Source: Tubiluchus corallicola (taxonomy: Eukaryota > Animalia > Priapulida). Taken from it: a stretch of 64,000 nt of DNA. Position 1 is the first letter of the stretch, and each line of letters begins with the position of its first letter. Below, in pieces: positions 35,990-49,636 of this stretch. Location of the stretch: contig JAQGDQ010000072.1 of NCBI GenBank assembly GCA_030141605.1, positions 558,001 through 622,000 of the forward strand, in the 5' to 3' direction. The notes beneath the pieces are model-generated. The model was not told the DNA's origin. It did not search any database and worked only from the letters and a program-made list of their open reading frames with translations. The translations under genes and the position numbers were made by a program.

Positions 35990-38200
35990 ATTATATAATG
36001 TAATTGCCTTTCTGGGGATTAATTGCTTTTAACAAACATTCTATTTCATTTACTGTAACCGGTTTAAAGAAGTATGAGTCCATGTACTTCCCATTTAGAT
36101 AGTTTATTGTAGAATAATTTGCGGGGCGTATTTGTTCTGCTAATTTGTGACCTATCGTTGTAATCATTGAAAGCATCAACTACATTTTTTGTCTTTAGTT
36201 ATTAATTTGTTATCTATCTTTAATTTAACAACATGCGATTCTTTGTGCTTTTGCATAAGGTTTTTCATAGTATACCATGTTCGTTTAATGCCATTTTTAT
36301 GTTTCTCTAATTGGTTTTTGTAGTAATCTAATTTAGAAGTTTTGACTAGACCATTTACTTTGTTCCTGGGTGTTTTATAGTTGTCTATTGTTACATTATT
36401 TTTTCCTTTAACAAGATTACGATACATTCTGCTTTTCCTTTTAATGGAAATCAGCATGCCTTTTGTTATCCAGGGCTTTTTGAAATTGCTATTAAAGGAT
36501 ACAAATTTCTCTTTTACGTGGTTTTTATATGTATTTGAAATTATTTGAAAAAAAAACTGTTATATGGTTGTTCAGGATTATTGTTTGATAATACTGTAGT
36601 AAAGTCAGCAATTGAAAATTCATTTTAAAGTGATTCTTTTCTGTGAAATTGTATATAACTTGATTTCTGTAGATGTTACTAGTAAAGGGATTTGTTTGAT
36701 CTATTATAAGGAAAACAGGTAAGTGGTCTGTAATGTCATTTGAAAAACATTCTGCTTTACACGAGTCTTGAATTACGTTGGTAAAAATGTTATCTGTTAG
36801 GGTTGCAGAATGACTTGTTATCCTAGTAGGTCGAGTTATTGTCGGAATTAGAAACTTAGTAAATAATGGGTCTAAAAAATCATTTGTATCGTTGTGTTCT
36901 GCAAAGTTTAAAAGATTTATGTTTGTGTCACCTAAAATGAAAATTAGTTTGTTTTGATCATTTGGTTTGGTAATTGTATTGAAGAACGTGTCTGAGAATG
37001 GAATACGACTTTCACCTGGTGTTCTATATACTGAACCCAATCAATATATTTTTCCCGTTTGACACTGTAATCTCAATAAAAAGCATTTCAATATTTTCAT
37101 TGGTTACATTAAATCTTTACGAACTGTATACACAATGTCGTTTCTTACAAAGAGAGTAACCCCACCACCAGATTTATGCTTCCTATTCAAACCAAGAAAA
37201 TTATACCCAGGTAAATGAAATTCCAGGGTCCATTCAGCAGTTAACCACGTTTCAGTAAGTGCTATTACAGAAAATCTTTATTCGATTACCTTAAGAAATG
37301 CTGCTAGGTAATCAAAATTAGCTCTTAAACTTCTAATATTGAAATGTAAAAGAGACAATGGATTTTTGAATTTTAACTTGTAGAGTAGAGAGTGGAATTG
37401 ATCTTCTGAATAGTATTTACTACCTGTTAAATTAATATTGTGAGTAAAAAATCTATTGTCTGGGTCAATACTATCTATGGTTTCTTAATCGGATCCAAAA
37501 GAATTAGGAATTAATTCAAGTGAGTATTTTTCATTAAAAATAAAATTGAAATTAGTACTTTGGACTTGATGTAAAAATTCACTGTCATCTGAAATATTGT
37601 GGAAATGAAATATGGACTGCAGACACGGCGGACACAGCCAGCCATCATTATTTTAAATTATATTATCATAGTGATCAATTGTAAGTTCTGTACATTTTAA
37701 ATGCGTATAATTTTGACAGTGTCCACAAAAAAGACTCTTTTGGTTTATTCTCACGTTCCTGGCGCAATACATGGTACATGTAGATATGACCATGGTTAAT
37801 GATGATGAAAATGATGTAATGTGATGATAAAAAATAAAAAAAAAAGTTAATGAGTATGGGGTCAGAAGTAAAAAAATGTGGGCATATGTGATAATCAGGA
37901 GTTGAAGAGTTTACATGGAACAGCCATGAATGATAATGTTTAAAAAGTTTCGATTCATAAATTTAATGTCATTACTATTATACAATAGTGTTTGAGGCCA
38001 CAACAAGAAACTTTACGAGAAATGTGTACGTATAAAAACATAAAGAAAATCGGCTAAGCAACACGTCTACATGTAAAATACTTATAGAAGTGCTAGCAGA
38101 CATGCACACACAAGCAATTAAAACACGCCCCGCTCTCCTCAACCACACGCTCTCGCACATGCACGAGCATATACATGCACACGAGTATTTAGCATAATTA
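35990..38200 (-). mobile_element. 3'-truncated LINE of the same PHD-APE type as 21480-25870
   Basis: PHD-like NVRINQKSLFCGHCQNYTHLKC...WLCPPC (37790-37620), HFNIRSL, IALTETWL, GGGV, GDTNINLL, TRPTRIT, DHLPVF. Confidence 0.85.
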
Positions 38201-38888
38201 TAGAAATATACAAGTAATTTATGTGTAAATGTAGGAACAGTACAATGTCTTTCAACGTATTAAGCAAAGTATGAAAGTATATACTACATAACGAACTACA
38301 AAACCGGTAATAGTATTTTATACATTCAAATGTTCAGGCAATCACTAGAAATATGCACGCATACACGTGGTACAAGGACACCTAATCAAAACGTACACAG
38401 CTACTGATAATGACGCACCGATTTAATGATACCTTCGCGGATCAAGAGATTTTCCGTTAGAATCAGAGTTTACATGACATTGATACACATAACAATTGTG
38501 CAGTAATATTCAGTGTGTACTAATCAAGTTTAGCAAACAGCGTACATTACTGTTGCATATACCTAAATGTTCAGTGCTTTCTCGGAGAATAATAAAATCT
38601 GAAACGGAATTTGCATAAAAATAAGCTATACTATAGGCGTATGACGGGATAATATGTTTAAGTTAAAGAAAATAACGAATGTAATGTTAAACTGAAGCCC
38701 GAGAAACTACAGAATCATAGGTATACGAAACGATAAACAAGCTAAACGTGTAATGATCACAGTTTATAATGTTCTGCTATTGATAGATTGTGTGAGTGGT
38801 TTAACAAAAGGCAACTATCTGCAGCGGCTTGCAAATGCGCTATTACACTTAGTGACGTAAACCCTTGATTACAACTTGATTAGGGTCC

Positions 38889-41100
38889 CTTCTTCTGCTT
38901 CTTCTTCTTCTTTGTGATACGTTAACTTCATCAAATTGAAGGCTCCAACACATAGCTGAGCTCTCAACTTGCGAATGTCATGTTAGCGTAAAACTTCAAA
39001 TAAAAAATAGTTTACAGTGGTGCATTAATAAGAGGCAGAAATATCCTAAAGCTCCTCAAGGTAGGTGCACCACACCCTACACCGTAAATCAACATGCGGT
39101 GGAGTACCTTAATCTAGTTTAGATCGAGTGTAGGACTGCCAAATTTGACTGTTAACTCTGGTAGGTGGTTCCATTCCTTCGTTGTGCGTGGGAAAAAAGA
39201 GTGAAAGTGATAATCGAAAGAAGAATATGGTATGTTGTATGAAAATGAATTCTCCGTGTACGTGAAGGAATAGTGTGACATTTTGGCTGGAGAGAGCTTT
39301 CAGGTAGTTGTGGATTTTGTAGAATATTATGAGCCTAACCATCCTGCGTCGCTCGGCTAGTGGGCACCAGTTCAGCTCTGTTGTCATGGCAGTCACACTT
39401 GATGTTAGCTCTTCTCTGAACTGAACCAACGGTGTCTGGATCCCAAATAGTCTAGCTATGTTCAAATGTCGGGTGCACAAGGCTCATGTATGCTCGCTCT
39501 TTAATCTGTATGTTTCTGTTTAATCAACATTTCGTTTTATATAAAGCCAAGAGTAGCGTTAGCTTTAGATGTAATCTGATCTACAAGTTAGTCCACCTGA
39601 CACGACGAGAGATATCGATACCAAGGTACTTGACTGAGGCCACATGCTTTAGCAGATGTTCCAGAAACATATATTGGTATCTCACTGGGCTCTGTTTCCT
39701 TGTTATACTAGTGACCTTATTCTTGTCAGGATGAAATTCCATCTTCCATTTGCTTGACCAAGCTATAAGATTATCCAGATCCACTTGAAGTATTCTAGCA
39801 TCTTGTTCATTACTTACTGCTAAGTCAACCATGGTGTCGTCAGCAAGCAGGTGCACTTTAAACCACAAACATCTGGCGATGTCATTTATGTAAAATAGGA
39901 ATAGGCACAGCCTAAGTGCGGATCATTGAGGAACTCGAGGTTTAACAGAGGATTTAGTGGAAGATGCAAATTCGACTACAACAGACTAAGTTCCATCACT
40001 CAGAAAGCTCCGTGACCAGCTGTTCACCATACCATCAATGCCATACGAGTAAACTTTCTCCATTGAATACCTATGGCTCTCCTTACCAAATGCCTTGGAG
40101 AAGTCAAGCACACAAAGGTCTGCCTGGAAGCCTAGCTGCATGTTTGTTGTTATATTATTGACCAGTTCGACCAGTTGTGTTTCACATGATCGATGGGCGC
40201 AGAAAATGTGTTATAATTGATAAAACATATTATGCCTATCAGTGTGATCCATAGTTTTAAATACGACACTAGTTAGGCTACTAGGACGGTAATTTGAACA
40301 AAGATATTTTTGACCTTTTTTAAAGATGAGGGTGACATTTGCATGCTTCCAATCTGTATGGACTACTCCAGATGATAATAATTTGTGAAAGATGTGAGTA
40401 AGTCAGCCAACTCATTACTCAGTTCCTTCAACACTCAATGACCTCAGGTTGTCAGGACCTGATGCTTTAGCGGGATTTAACTTCTTTAACAATTTTAATA
40501 TACCTGAAACTATTATACTGCGGGATAGATGGAACTGAGGGCATCACATGATTAATGAAGGTACCAGTCTCTCTCATAATGACACACTGGAATTGATTGT
40601 TCAAGGCTTCAGCTTTGCCCTTGCAATAAGTTTGCCACCTACATTTAAGGTAGCTTTATTGAAATCTATAGCTTTATGTTTGATAAATTCCCAAAAACGT
40701 TTCATTCCTAAAATTGTCTGACTACTGTGGAGTAATGATTTCGTTGATTTCATTCATTAATGTCCGTAGCGAATATTCTCTCTTATCAAAGCTAAAATTC
40801 TCTGCTCAGCTTGTGCACTGCCAGTACTAACTAATACTAGCTATTCTTACTAATAGAATATGCTCTATCTTTGTCGGGTTTTCTTTTTGAGTGCATTGTT
40901 GATCCACGGCTGACTGAGTTGTACCTTGTTAGTTCTGTGTGAGATTAATATGTTAATACCTCCGTGCAACTTGTCCTTCAGAAGGTTCCACAGTTCATCG
41001 GCTGTACGTACTGGTGCAATATTGAATATGGCAACTGATACCTGTTTGGTAAATTGTCGAAAACAATCCAGTTGACTTTATTATATAGTGGAATCGATGC
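38889..41100 (-). mobile_element. Degraded CR1-group LINE with (GAA)n 3' tail
   Basis: DWKHANVT.IFKKG, NYRP.SLT, LADDT, LQVDLDNL..WS.KW.MEFHPDK, KYLG. The (CTT)n at 38889-38911 on the plus strand is the tail. Confidence 0.85.
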
Positions 41101-41407
41101 CCAGCTTGTTCACTTCTTATATCACCAGAGCTTGAGAGGAGTACAAGGAGATGTCAAATATTGTCGACTTAAGAACTCTTGGTGTGGATTTATTCAACCC
41201 ACTTAAGTTAGCAAGCAGGCTAACTTCATCAAACCCTAACTTATTGGGCCCAATTTTAAAATCCACATCCAATATAATACCAGTAGCGATACATGACCTG
41301 TCACTAGTATGAAAAAGGTTTATAATAGTAATCAGTAGTAACACAGAAAGCATAAATTCCTTCGTAGTATAAATCTTTAGCAAAATGCAACGCAGAATTA
41401 CATGGCA

Positions 41408-43780
41408 TAGTCTAGCCCCATTTTCAGAAAAATGGAACCCTGGCGGCGTTTTTCTAAAAGTGAGCAACATAGCTAGTCTAGTCAATTTGACTATGCTGAA
41501 TCCAAAAAAGCTGTTCCATCTCGAAAAATTAGCGAAAAAGTGTGAAAAATGCAAAAAACAAAATGGCCGCTAAGTTTTCGCACAATCAAGAGAAATTTCG
41601 TAAAATTAACATAAAGAAGCCATTATGAAATCTATTCCAGAGTAGTTGGATCTTCTTGAATCCAGAAAGCTGTTACTAGCCCCTGAATAACGCAAAGCAA
41701 GTCAAACAGCCCAATAAGTAAAAAACAAAATGGCCGACAGGATCCCGACATAATTGTCTAACAGAGCGGTGAAAATTCTGCACTACGTTAGAACCAATCA
41801 AGGTGATATGAGGCTCATCAAGCATCATCCAATATGGCTGCCATTTTGAAAATTATTGACAAAATAGATGTCTGTTTGCTAGTTTTGAAAGCCACATCCT
41901 ACTTGTTAGCACAGTTAATATAACGATTTTGTTGTCTAAATGTAGCTTTTCAGTTTCAAGGAATCAAGGAACCATAGGAAACACCTATGACCTCACCTTA
42001 GTTAGTATTTCAAGATAGCTGCCAAAATACTAGTAACTGCTTGTGTAATATATTAGCTATATTGCGTGACCTAAGGTAAATAGGATGGCCATCTCTATAT
42101 GTAGGCTTTAAATATGAAAGACTTAGGATAAGACCAATATGGTCAACATTTTCAAAATGGGTGAAAAGGTAGCTGTTGCTAGCTTATAAAAGCCATATCC
42201 TATGCTATATGAAAATGTGAATGCCATTGATCCTGAAAAAAATCACATCTGTAAGCAATCCATGCCAAAACTGTTTGCGACCAGACCACTCTTTGCACAG
42301 ATGGCGAGAAGAGGATGGCTTCATTCATCAAACAGAAGCGCTTTTAATTTAAGAAACACTACTAAAGCAGAACTTTCTAACTATTGCCTGAACTCATGTC
42401 TGCGCTGGGACGTTTTGCTGTACTCCTGTACGATGGTCCTAGGAGCTCATGTTTTTATTTTCTGCATGCATACCGACCTTAAATAAATATTTATGATATT
42501 ATCATCATGACAACGCTAGGACATTGATGTCAGTTTGCAAAGCATATAGAGGCTTGTTCACTAGAAAGGAAAGGTGTTTTGGTAACGATTCCCCCAACGT
42601 ATACCACACTGTTAGGGCACATCAGAAGAGTCGTATGTTGGGTAGGTGTTGACCCAGACATTGAACTCTGCCCTAGCACCAGATGTGGATTCCTTGACCT
42701 TGAAAAACTACATGTACACATCCAAATCATCACCTTATCTGCTTTGGCAACTGTGATGTAGCCTTGATATGCTAGCAATAGAGAGATCTTGTTGGCCATT
42801 TTGAAAGTGACTGCTGCACTGGACACTAATCTATAGCTTTTACTTTTGAAGCCCTGTATCTAGATTCCAGATGCCAAATCTACATATCTATATCTAAATT
42901 ATCAGCCTATCTGCCCTAGAACATGCAACATAGCTAATGTATTATACATGCAGCCATCTTGACCTTGAATATGACTTGATCCCAAAATAACTATTTTTAA
43001 CAAAACGGTGAAATTTTTTTATGTCTGAAAGTTACAAACTTTCCACAAAGCTAAAACCTATCAAACTGATTAATTTTGGATATGAGTCCAAACGAAAATC
43101 AGCCAATATTGTCACCATTTCAAAATGGCCTAGAAGCTGGAAGGCTGCTGCTAGTTTTTTAAAGCCGCATCTTAGCTGCTAGAGCAGATAAGTGTTTTTA
43201 AACGTTATATATAGGTGTAGATTGCTTGACTCATAAAACCTATATTTAAGTACCAAACTCGTCATCTTATCAGTTCTAATAGTTAAGATATAGGCCTAAC
43301 TTTTACATGCGAGCGAGCGATCTTATTGGTCATCTTCAAAATAGCACCCATATTGGGAGGATTTTTTGTTAAATCAATGTCCAATATTAGCCACCTTGAT
43401 TGTGCTAAATTTCATAACTTTTAGACCAAATGAGCAATTTTTAACGATTTTGCTGGACTATAATGTCGGGGACCCAGTGGCCATTTTCTTTTTTGCTTAT
43501 TTCTTATTGCATCCTGTTATTAGTCTACCCGTGTTTAGATGTCGAATTAATAAAAATGACTTGCTTTTTGCTTGTATAATGAATCTTTAGGTGAGACAGG
43601 TAATATAATTGATCAGCATAATTAAATTTTCTTTTTGTGTGGCGGCCATTTTGAAAACCGCGATAATTTTTGTAACAAAAATAATAGATGTCACATTGGT
43701 AAAGCTGGCTATGTTATCCACTTTTAGAAAAAATGCCCCCATAAATTTATAGAATCACTTTCAGGATTTGGACCAAGATA
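41408..43780. mobile_element. Old non-autonomous DNA transposon, Academ-like, rich in AAAATGGC/GCCATTTT motifs
   Basis: Degenerate TIRs (GGCGTTTTTCTAAAAGTGAGCAACATAGC near 41445 versus GCTATGTTATCCACTTTTAGAAAAAATGCC near 43708). TAG start; GCA on both flanks (possible 3-bp TSD). Confidence 0.55.
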
Positions 43781-44399
43781 GCAAATGTTAGGTTCGCATA
43801 GATTTCACGTTCGCACAAGCGTGGTATACATCGCTGGACGCGGCAATATTGGCTAGAAATTTCAAGCCACTATCAGAGGTTGTTTTAGCTAAAATAAATC
43901 AAATTCCATCGAAATCTGAATATTTAGTAAAAAGATACGATTTCTTGTTGTTAGAAGCGAGTCAGTTAGGCTTCAAAACTCCAATTTAGTAGAAAAATAA
44001 TTATAAATTTGTTGGAGGAACGTAGTCACACTACACAATCATTCAAAAACCTACTTCCCCTACTTCTACTGAAACATATAGGAAAAATAATATGGGTATT
44101 ACAGTTCCACCTAACTTAAAGTTCTTAAATTGTACAAATAAATTGTATATATTTATGTCAAGTGCACGCATGTATAGTCCAATATATGCTAACGAAGAAC
44201 GCATGTATAATCTAATATATACAATTATTGACTATCATTCTGATAATAATTGTGACATTAAAACTTACCGACGAACGTCTGATTAACAGCGTAATTAAAT
44301 ATAGATTGAAACTGCATTCCTAATAGTAAACACACACCAAAAAATATAAAGTTTTGCGTTCTGCACCTTCGGTTTAATAACTTTAAAGTCGCCATTAAA

Positions 44400-47300
44400 C
44401 GGAAATTGTCATTCATTCTGGACTCTTACGAATATTGTTCTTCTCATTTGTATGTTCCAAACTGACCTTTGATACATTGCACTGTAAGCGCTGGAGCAGA
44501 ACCGAAAGCTTCATCATACTCTAATGTGTATACAAGCCAATAGCTAAAATATTAAGCTACAGAAGTTAGTCGAATCAATAATTAACGCGAACCGAGCGGT
44601 TAATTTTACGCTGAAGAATAACCAGCTTACAGTATCTTATGCAGGCTCTTAGCAACAGTGTGTATTAATTAATACACGTAAAAGATCAATAGGCCTAGAT
44701 ATTTTGAATTGGATGAATGTAATGGATGAATTGGAACAAGTAATTTGTTCATAAAGCTGTCGAGATGGGTTTCCCGAATCACGCATCTTTCAGTCAAAAC
44801 TTTAATTTAAAGTTTGCACACCAGGATCATTTCTATAGCTGTTTCACTCTCAACTTGGTTTTTCCTCATTAAAAACAACGCTTGAGTTAGATCTTATTTT
44901 TCATGTCAAATTTTAATAAAATTTTGCCTTGGCAGGCACATAGGTAGGGCAACTCAGCTATCTTTGGGCAGAGCAAAATTATAACAGAAGTTTATTAAAA
45001 ATTCGGCAAACAAGCTTGATTGTTGGGCTGAAATTTTATACCTGACTCTAGAGGAAGGAAAGTTGTTACCTTCATGCAAGTAAGAGTAAATCGTTAGATC
45101 AAAACACTATCGGTATGTATTTGGAGAGAGAGTACACACCGTGTTTAGGGATATTAATTTGATAAACAAATTAATTGGTTATTGAAAAGCGTATTCACTT
45201 CGAAACGAGGCAATACGGCCATAAGTACTTGAGCGCCTGATTTTGTAAGTCTGCATTTTAGCAACAGATGGCAACACCTACACTCATCAATACCATCCAG
45301 CCAATCTGCTGAACATTGACGCACACTACAAGGCCCAATTTTGGTCGGCGAGAAAAATCTGATACATATTTTAGGTGACATTCATTGAATGCGTACCACG
45401 CCTCTAAGTTGCCCCTACTTATCAATAATGAATCTTAATTCTTGTCATTAGATATCGTTATGTTATGTAACACAATGTGTCACGTTAATGTGGTTCGCAA
45501 CACAAAATAAATGAGTGTAAATCGGAAAACGTTTTCCGCGCGAATTGTAAAGGAGAGCATCAAGTATGAGACAAAAGTTGCCCGAGATACATAGAAGAGC
45601 TGAATCGTGTTAACCGTTCATAATGACAAGCAGTGATAAACATTTGACGGTTTACCAAATTAACGTAAACTATTTTTCCGTACGTTCCAAGCGTGCTCTT
45701 GACAATTACGTGAACCAAGCCAGGTATAATGTCATAGCCATACAAGAAACTAAAGTAGTAAATGATAGTGACTAATTAACTAATTACACACCGTTATTTA
45801 AAATCTCTAGACCATCCCGTGGCGGCTGTGCTTTGTTTGTTCATAATCAATACACGTGTTTGCAGAATCAGGAATTTAGAAGACAACTCAACTGACTCTC
45901 TGTGAGTTTTAATCCAGGTTAAAGGAGTAAATATCTTGGTAGCGTCTGTTTACATTCCTCCTGAGTCACCTAATCAACCGCAACAATTTCTCGCCTCGTT
46001 AGAAAAAGTTCATGATTATTCACAGAAACAATGTTTCTACGAGTATATGGCTGTGGGTGATTATAACGACAGAGATTTCTTGTGGGATAGCAAGACTAAT
46101 AACCATGGTAGCATTCTGACAAACTTCTTTATTAACTGTAATAGGTAGATGTGTATCATTCCGCCAAGATCAGAGACATTTAGTTCTTATAACGGCAAAG
46201 GTACCATAGACTTGATCATTTCATCTTCATCAGTGCACAATCGGCTAATAAAAAACGAGGTGCATAAAACCGTTGAACTTTTTACTGGCTCGCCAAACAT
46301 GGGCCACTTCCCAGTCAGTACTGATTTTGCCATTAAATTTCGTGAAACAAAGAACATTAAGGCCGTATATGATTTTAAATCTTGTAATTGGACAGTATGG
46401 TCCTCAAATTTAGAGGCTAAAATAAGGCAAGCTTTCCCACAAATTAATGAAATTGTGAATAATCGTGACCCAATTGAATTGTGGCGTGTTTTTAAAATAC
46501 TGTTGACTGAAACAAACGCAGAAACTTTGTCAACTGAAAGTATTTGTTCTCATTCAAAACCTTTTTGTCGCAACACTTGAGCAACTTATCTAATGAGCTA
46601 CGACAGCCGAGGAAGAATTACTTGAGATGCTCAAATTACACAAATAAATGGGCATACGAACAAGCAAAAAGTGTGTTTGAAGAGGAGCTGCAGGGAACTG
46701 CTGACAAGTGGTTTTATGAAAGACTGGCAGTGAATTTTGGAAATGCTACATAAAAGATCTTTTGTCCGAAGAGAACCCAAGATATCTGCATGCTAGAGCT
46801 AAGCGGGACAGTTTATACTGAAAAAGAGGGTATTTGTGATGTTTTGTATAGAAGTTTTTTAAGTGGCGACCATGTCTTAAATGCAGATTTTGATGGAAGA
46901 TGGAAACAATCAGTCATGGACGATTTATTGGATGTTTTTAATAATGCTATTAGCGTTGTAAATGAAAATTTTTTGAATTGTGATTTTACAATGTCTGAAA
47001 TTGTAACTGCTGTAAGGGAAACCTGGACTAGCAGTAAAAGTATTGATGCTGATGGTAATGGATGGCTGATACTGATAATCTTTCATCCATTAATGCTTAA
47101 GCATCTAGGGTTTTGGGCAAGGTGTGTGATTTTACATCTATCAAATTTAAGCTTGAATACAGGGGTGTGGCCATGGACCCAGTCTAAAATGATCTTTATA
47201 CGTAAAATAGGAAAAGAAAATTTCACAGACCCTTCAAGTTTTCGCCCTTTGTCAATTTCTTCGTACTTTGGTAAATTCACTGAACGATTAATAGCTAATA

Positions 47301-48982
47301 GATTAACACATTTCTTTTAGGAACATGATTTGATAGATGAAGAACAGGAAGGATTTGTGAAAAACCATAACACCAATAGGTATTTAGTGCGTTTAATTTC
47401 ATGCATTAAAGATAATCTATTACAAAATTTGCCCGGTTTAGCAGTTTGCTGTGATTTTCAACGAGCATTTGACAGTGTCTGGCTCGATGGACTTATGTAC
47501 AAATTCAGCAACGCAAACGTAAATGGTAAAATTCTACATTTAAAAAGAATTTTTTGTATAATAGGAGGGTAAATATGAGAATGGTGACTTCACTTCACAA
47601 TCATATAATTGCAAAGTAGGATTGCCACAAGGCTCTGTAATCTCCCCTTTATTGTTTATTTTTTATATTGCAGATATGTTTCGTGAAATTACTAGAGTTG
47701 ACAGTGTTGACTGTTTTAAGTACGCTGATGATGGTCCTATTTATGTAACTAGTGATAGTGACACAGAAACAATTAGGCTAGCTCACACCTGTTGTAATCT
47801 GCTCTATAACTGGTGTCATCGTTGACGTTTAATTTTAAACTATGCACCTGGTAAAACAGAAGTTATTCCTTTTTCTATGGATAATTTGACAGATAAATTA
47901 AATATTGGAAATGTTGACATAAATTACGTTAAAGACAGTACAATTTTGGGAGTTACCATAGATAACTCATTAACATTCAGTAAACACATTAATAATGTTA
48001 GAAAGAAGGCTTGGAACAGGTGGATGACAAATCGACGTAAACGTTATTTGTATAAAGGTTTTAGTTTGATGACAGTAATTGCATTGTTTAAGGCACTGGT
48101 ATTACCTATTATTTTATATGGTACCACTGCTTGGATGACTCGCAAACATGAGTCTCTTTGACGACCTAATTTATGACGTCATGAAAACTGTGAGGTTGTC
48201 GCTTCCACCCATCCCATGACAAGTTGGAGTTAATATTTGGATTACCGCCTTTAGAGATTATGTGGAAATGCTTAACAACGAAATTTATCTTAAAAACTTT
48301 ATCAATGCCGAACAGTGACCCTGTAACATTAAATTTGTTTCGACTAAATAACAGTCCTATACCTCTAAACAGGCACTTTTTACGTTTGGCTTTATTTGCG
48401 ATTAATGAATTTTTAAGAATAACCAAAGATTTTACTGCCGGAAATTTAGATTTACGAGAAATCCCCCAAGCAGTCATTAATATTAGTAAAAGTGATACTG
48501 ATATATTAGCAACATGGAAATGTAAGTGTCGCAACAGATATCTTTGTTGGGCATCTCCAGTTTATCCATATTCTTTACGTACAGCTCCCTTGAATATTCC
48601 AGTACAGAGAGGTAATAGAAAACTTGAGGTTTTAGCCTGCACATTTCTAACAGGTCAAGGCAATTTTAATGATTTTCTATTAATATTGGTTACGCAGACA
48701 ATAATATGTGCCAGTGTTTAGAGGGGAGGCAAACCCCACATTCTCTGCTGTTTCAATGTAAATTCGTAAGTCGCATTAAACGAGAAAACTGTGTACGCGT
48801 TTTACAGCGCCAGTATGTTAATTATATGTTAACTTGTCGTGATAATCTGATTTTAATTAACTTTGCCAATATTTTGTTAGATAATTTTATTTTGTCACTA
48901 ACCTAACGGGATTAATTAGTTTTAGAAAATTGTTATCAATGTCAGTTAGGAAGGTAATACTAATAATAATAATAATAATAAA
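44400..48982 (+). mobile_element. Near full-length I-group-like LINE (gag-like ORF1 with CCHC knuckles; ORF2 APE-RT-CCHC), inactivated
   Basis: CGSQH...C..ANCKGEH...CP knuckles at 45480-45600. IAIQET, SVYIPP, GDYN, TIDL, FRPLSISS, DFQRAFDSVW, LPQGSVISP, YADD; C-terminal LTGQGNF..CQC...TPH.LFQC. (TAA)n tail at 48955-48982. 5' boundary approximate. Confidence 0.88.
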
Positions 48983-49483
48983 TCCGAGATACGCGTCTTT
49001 TTGGAATAACCCAAAAACTGGACAGTGCTAGGGTCACATTCGCTTATAATTTCGGTTCGTGACCCTTTGACTCGCCTGACTATGTCCATTTTTGATAAAC
49101 CATTACTCCTACAAGAAGCACCACCTATCCGAACGTAAAGTACTGAGCCTTGGCTACAGATGCCCTGCTCCGTTTTGACGAGTCATGAACGGTTGTCGTT
49201 TTACAAGGCGTCAAACATGCAGTATTGAATTATGTATTGCACACCTCTGTAACGACTTACAGCTTCGTTTAGACAGTGTTTAAAGGAAACAATATCGGTT
49301 TTTGGTATTTGCCCACATCTTTGTTTTGATGACACTGACGCACATGTAATAGTGTCCCTCCTTATAAATTCCTGGCTACGTGCCATTAAATATTAATTCT
49401 TCCCTGTATCTGTGACTGATAGGAATAATTTACTTGACAACATCAGAGCAGCCCCATCTATTAACAGTTTTTGCGAAAAAAAA

Positions 49484-49586
<103 letters not shown>

Positions 49587-49636
49587 GTATTGCGTTTGGA
49601 TAAAAGCTATATATAACTTTTATCCAAACGCAATAC
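49587..49636. repeat. 50-bp near-perfect palindrome centred on TATATATA
   Basis: 20-bp arms GTATTGCGTTTGGATAAAAG / CTTTTATCCAAACGCAATAC; one mismatch next to the centre. Confidence 0.93.
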
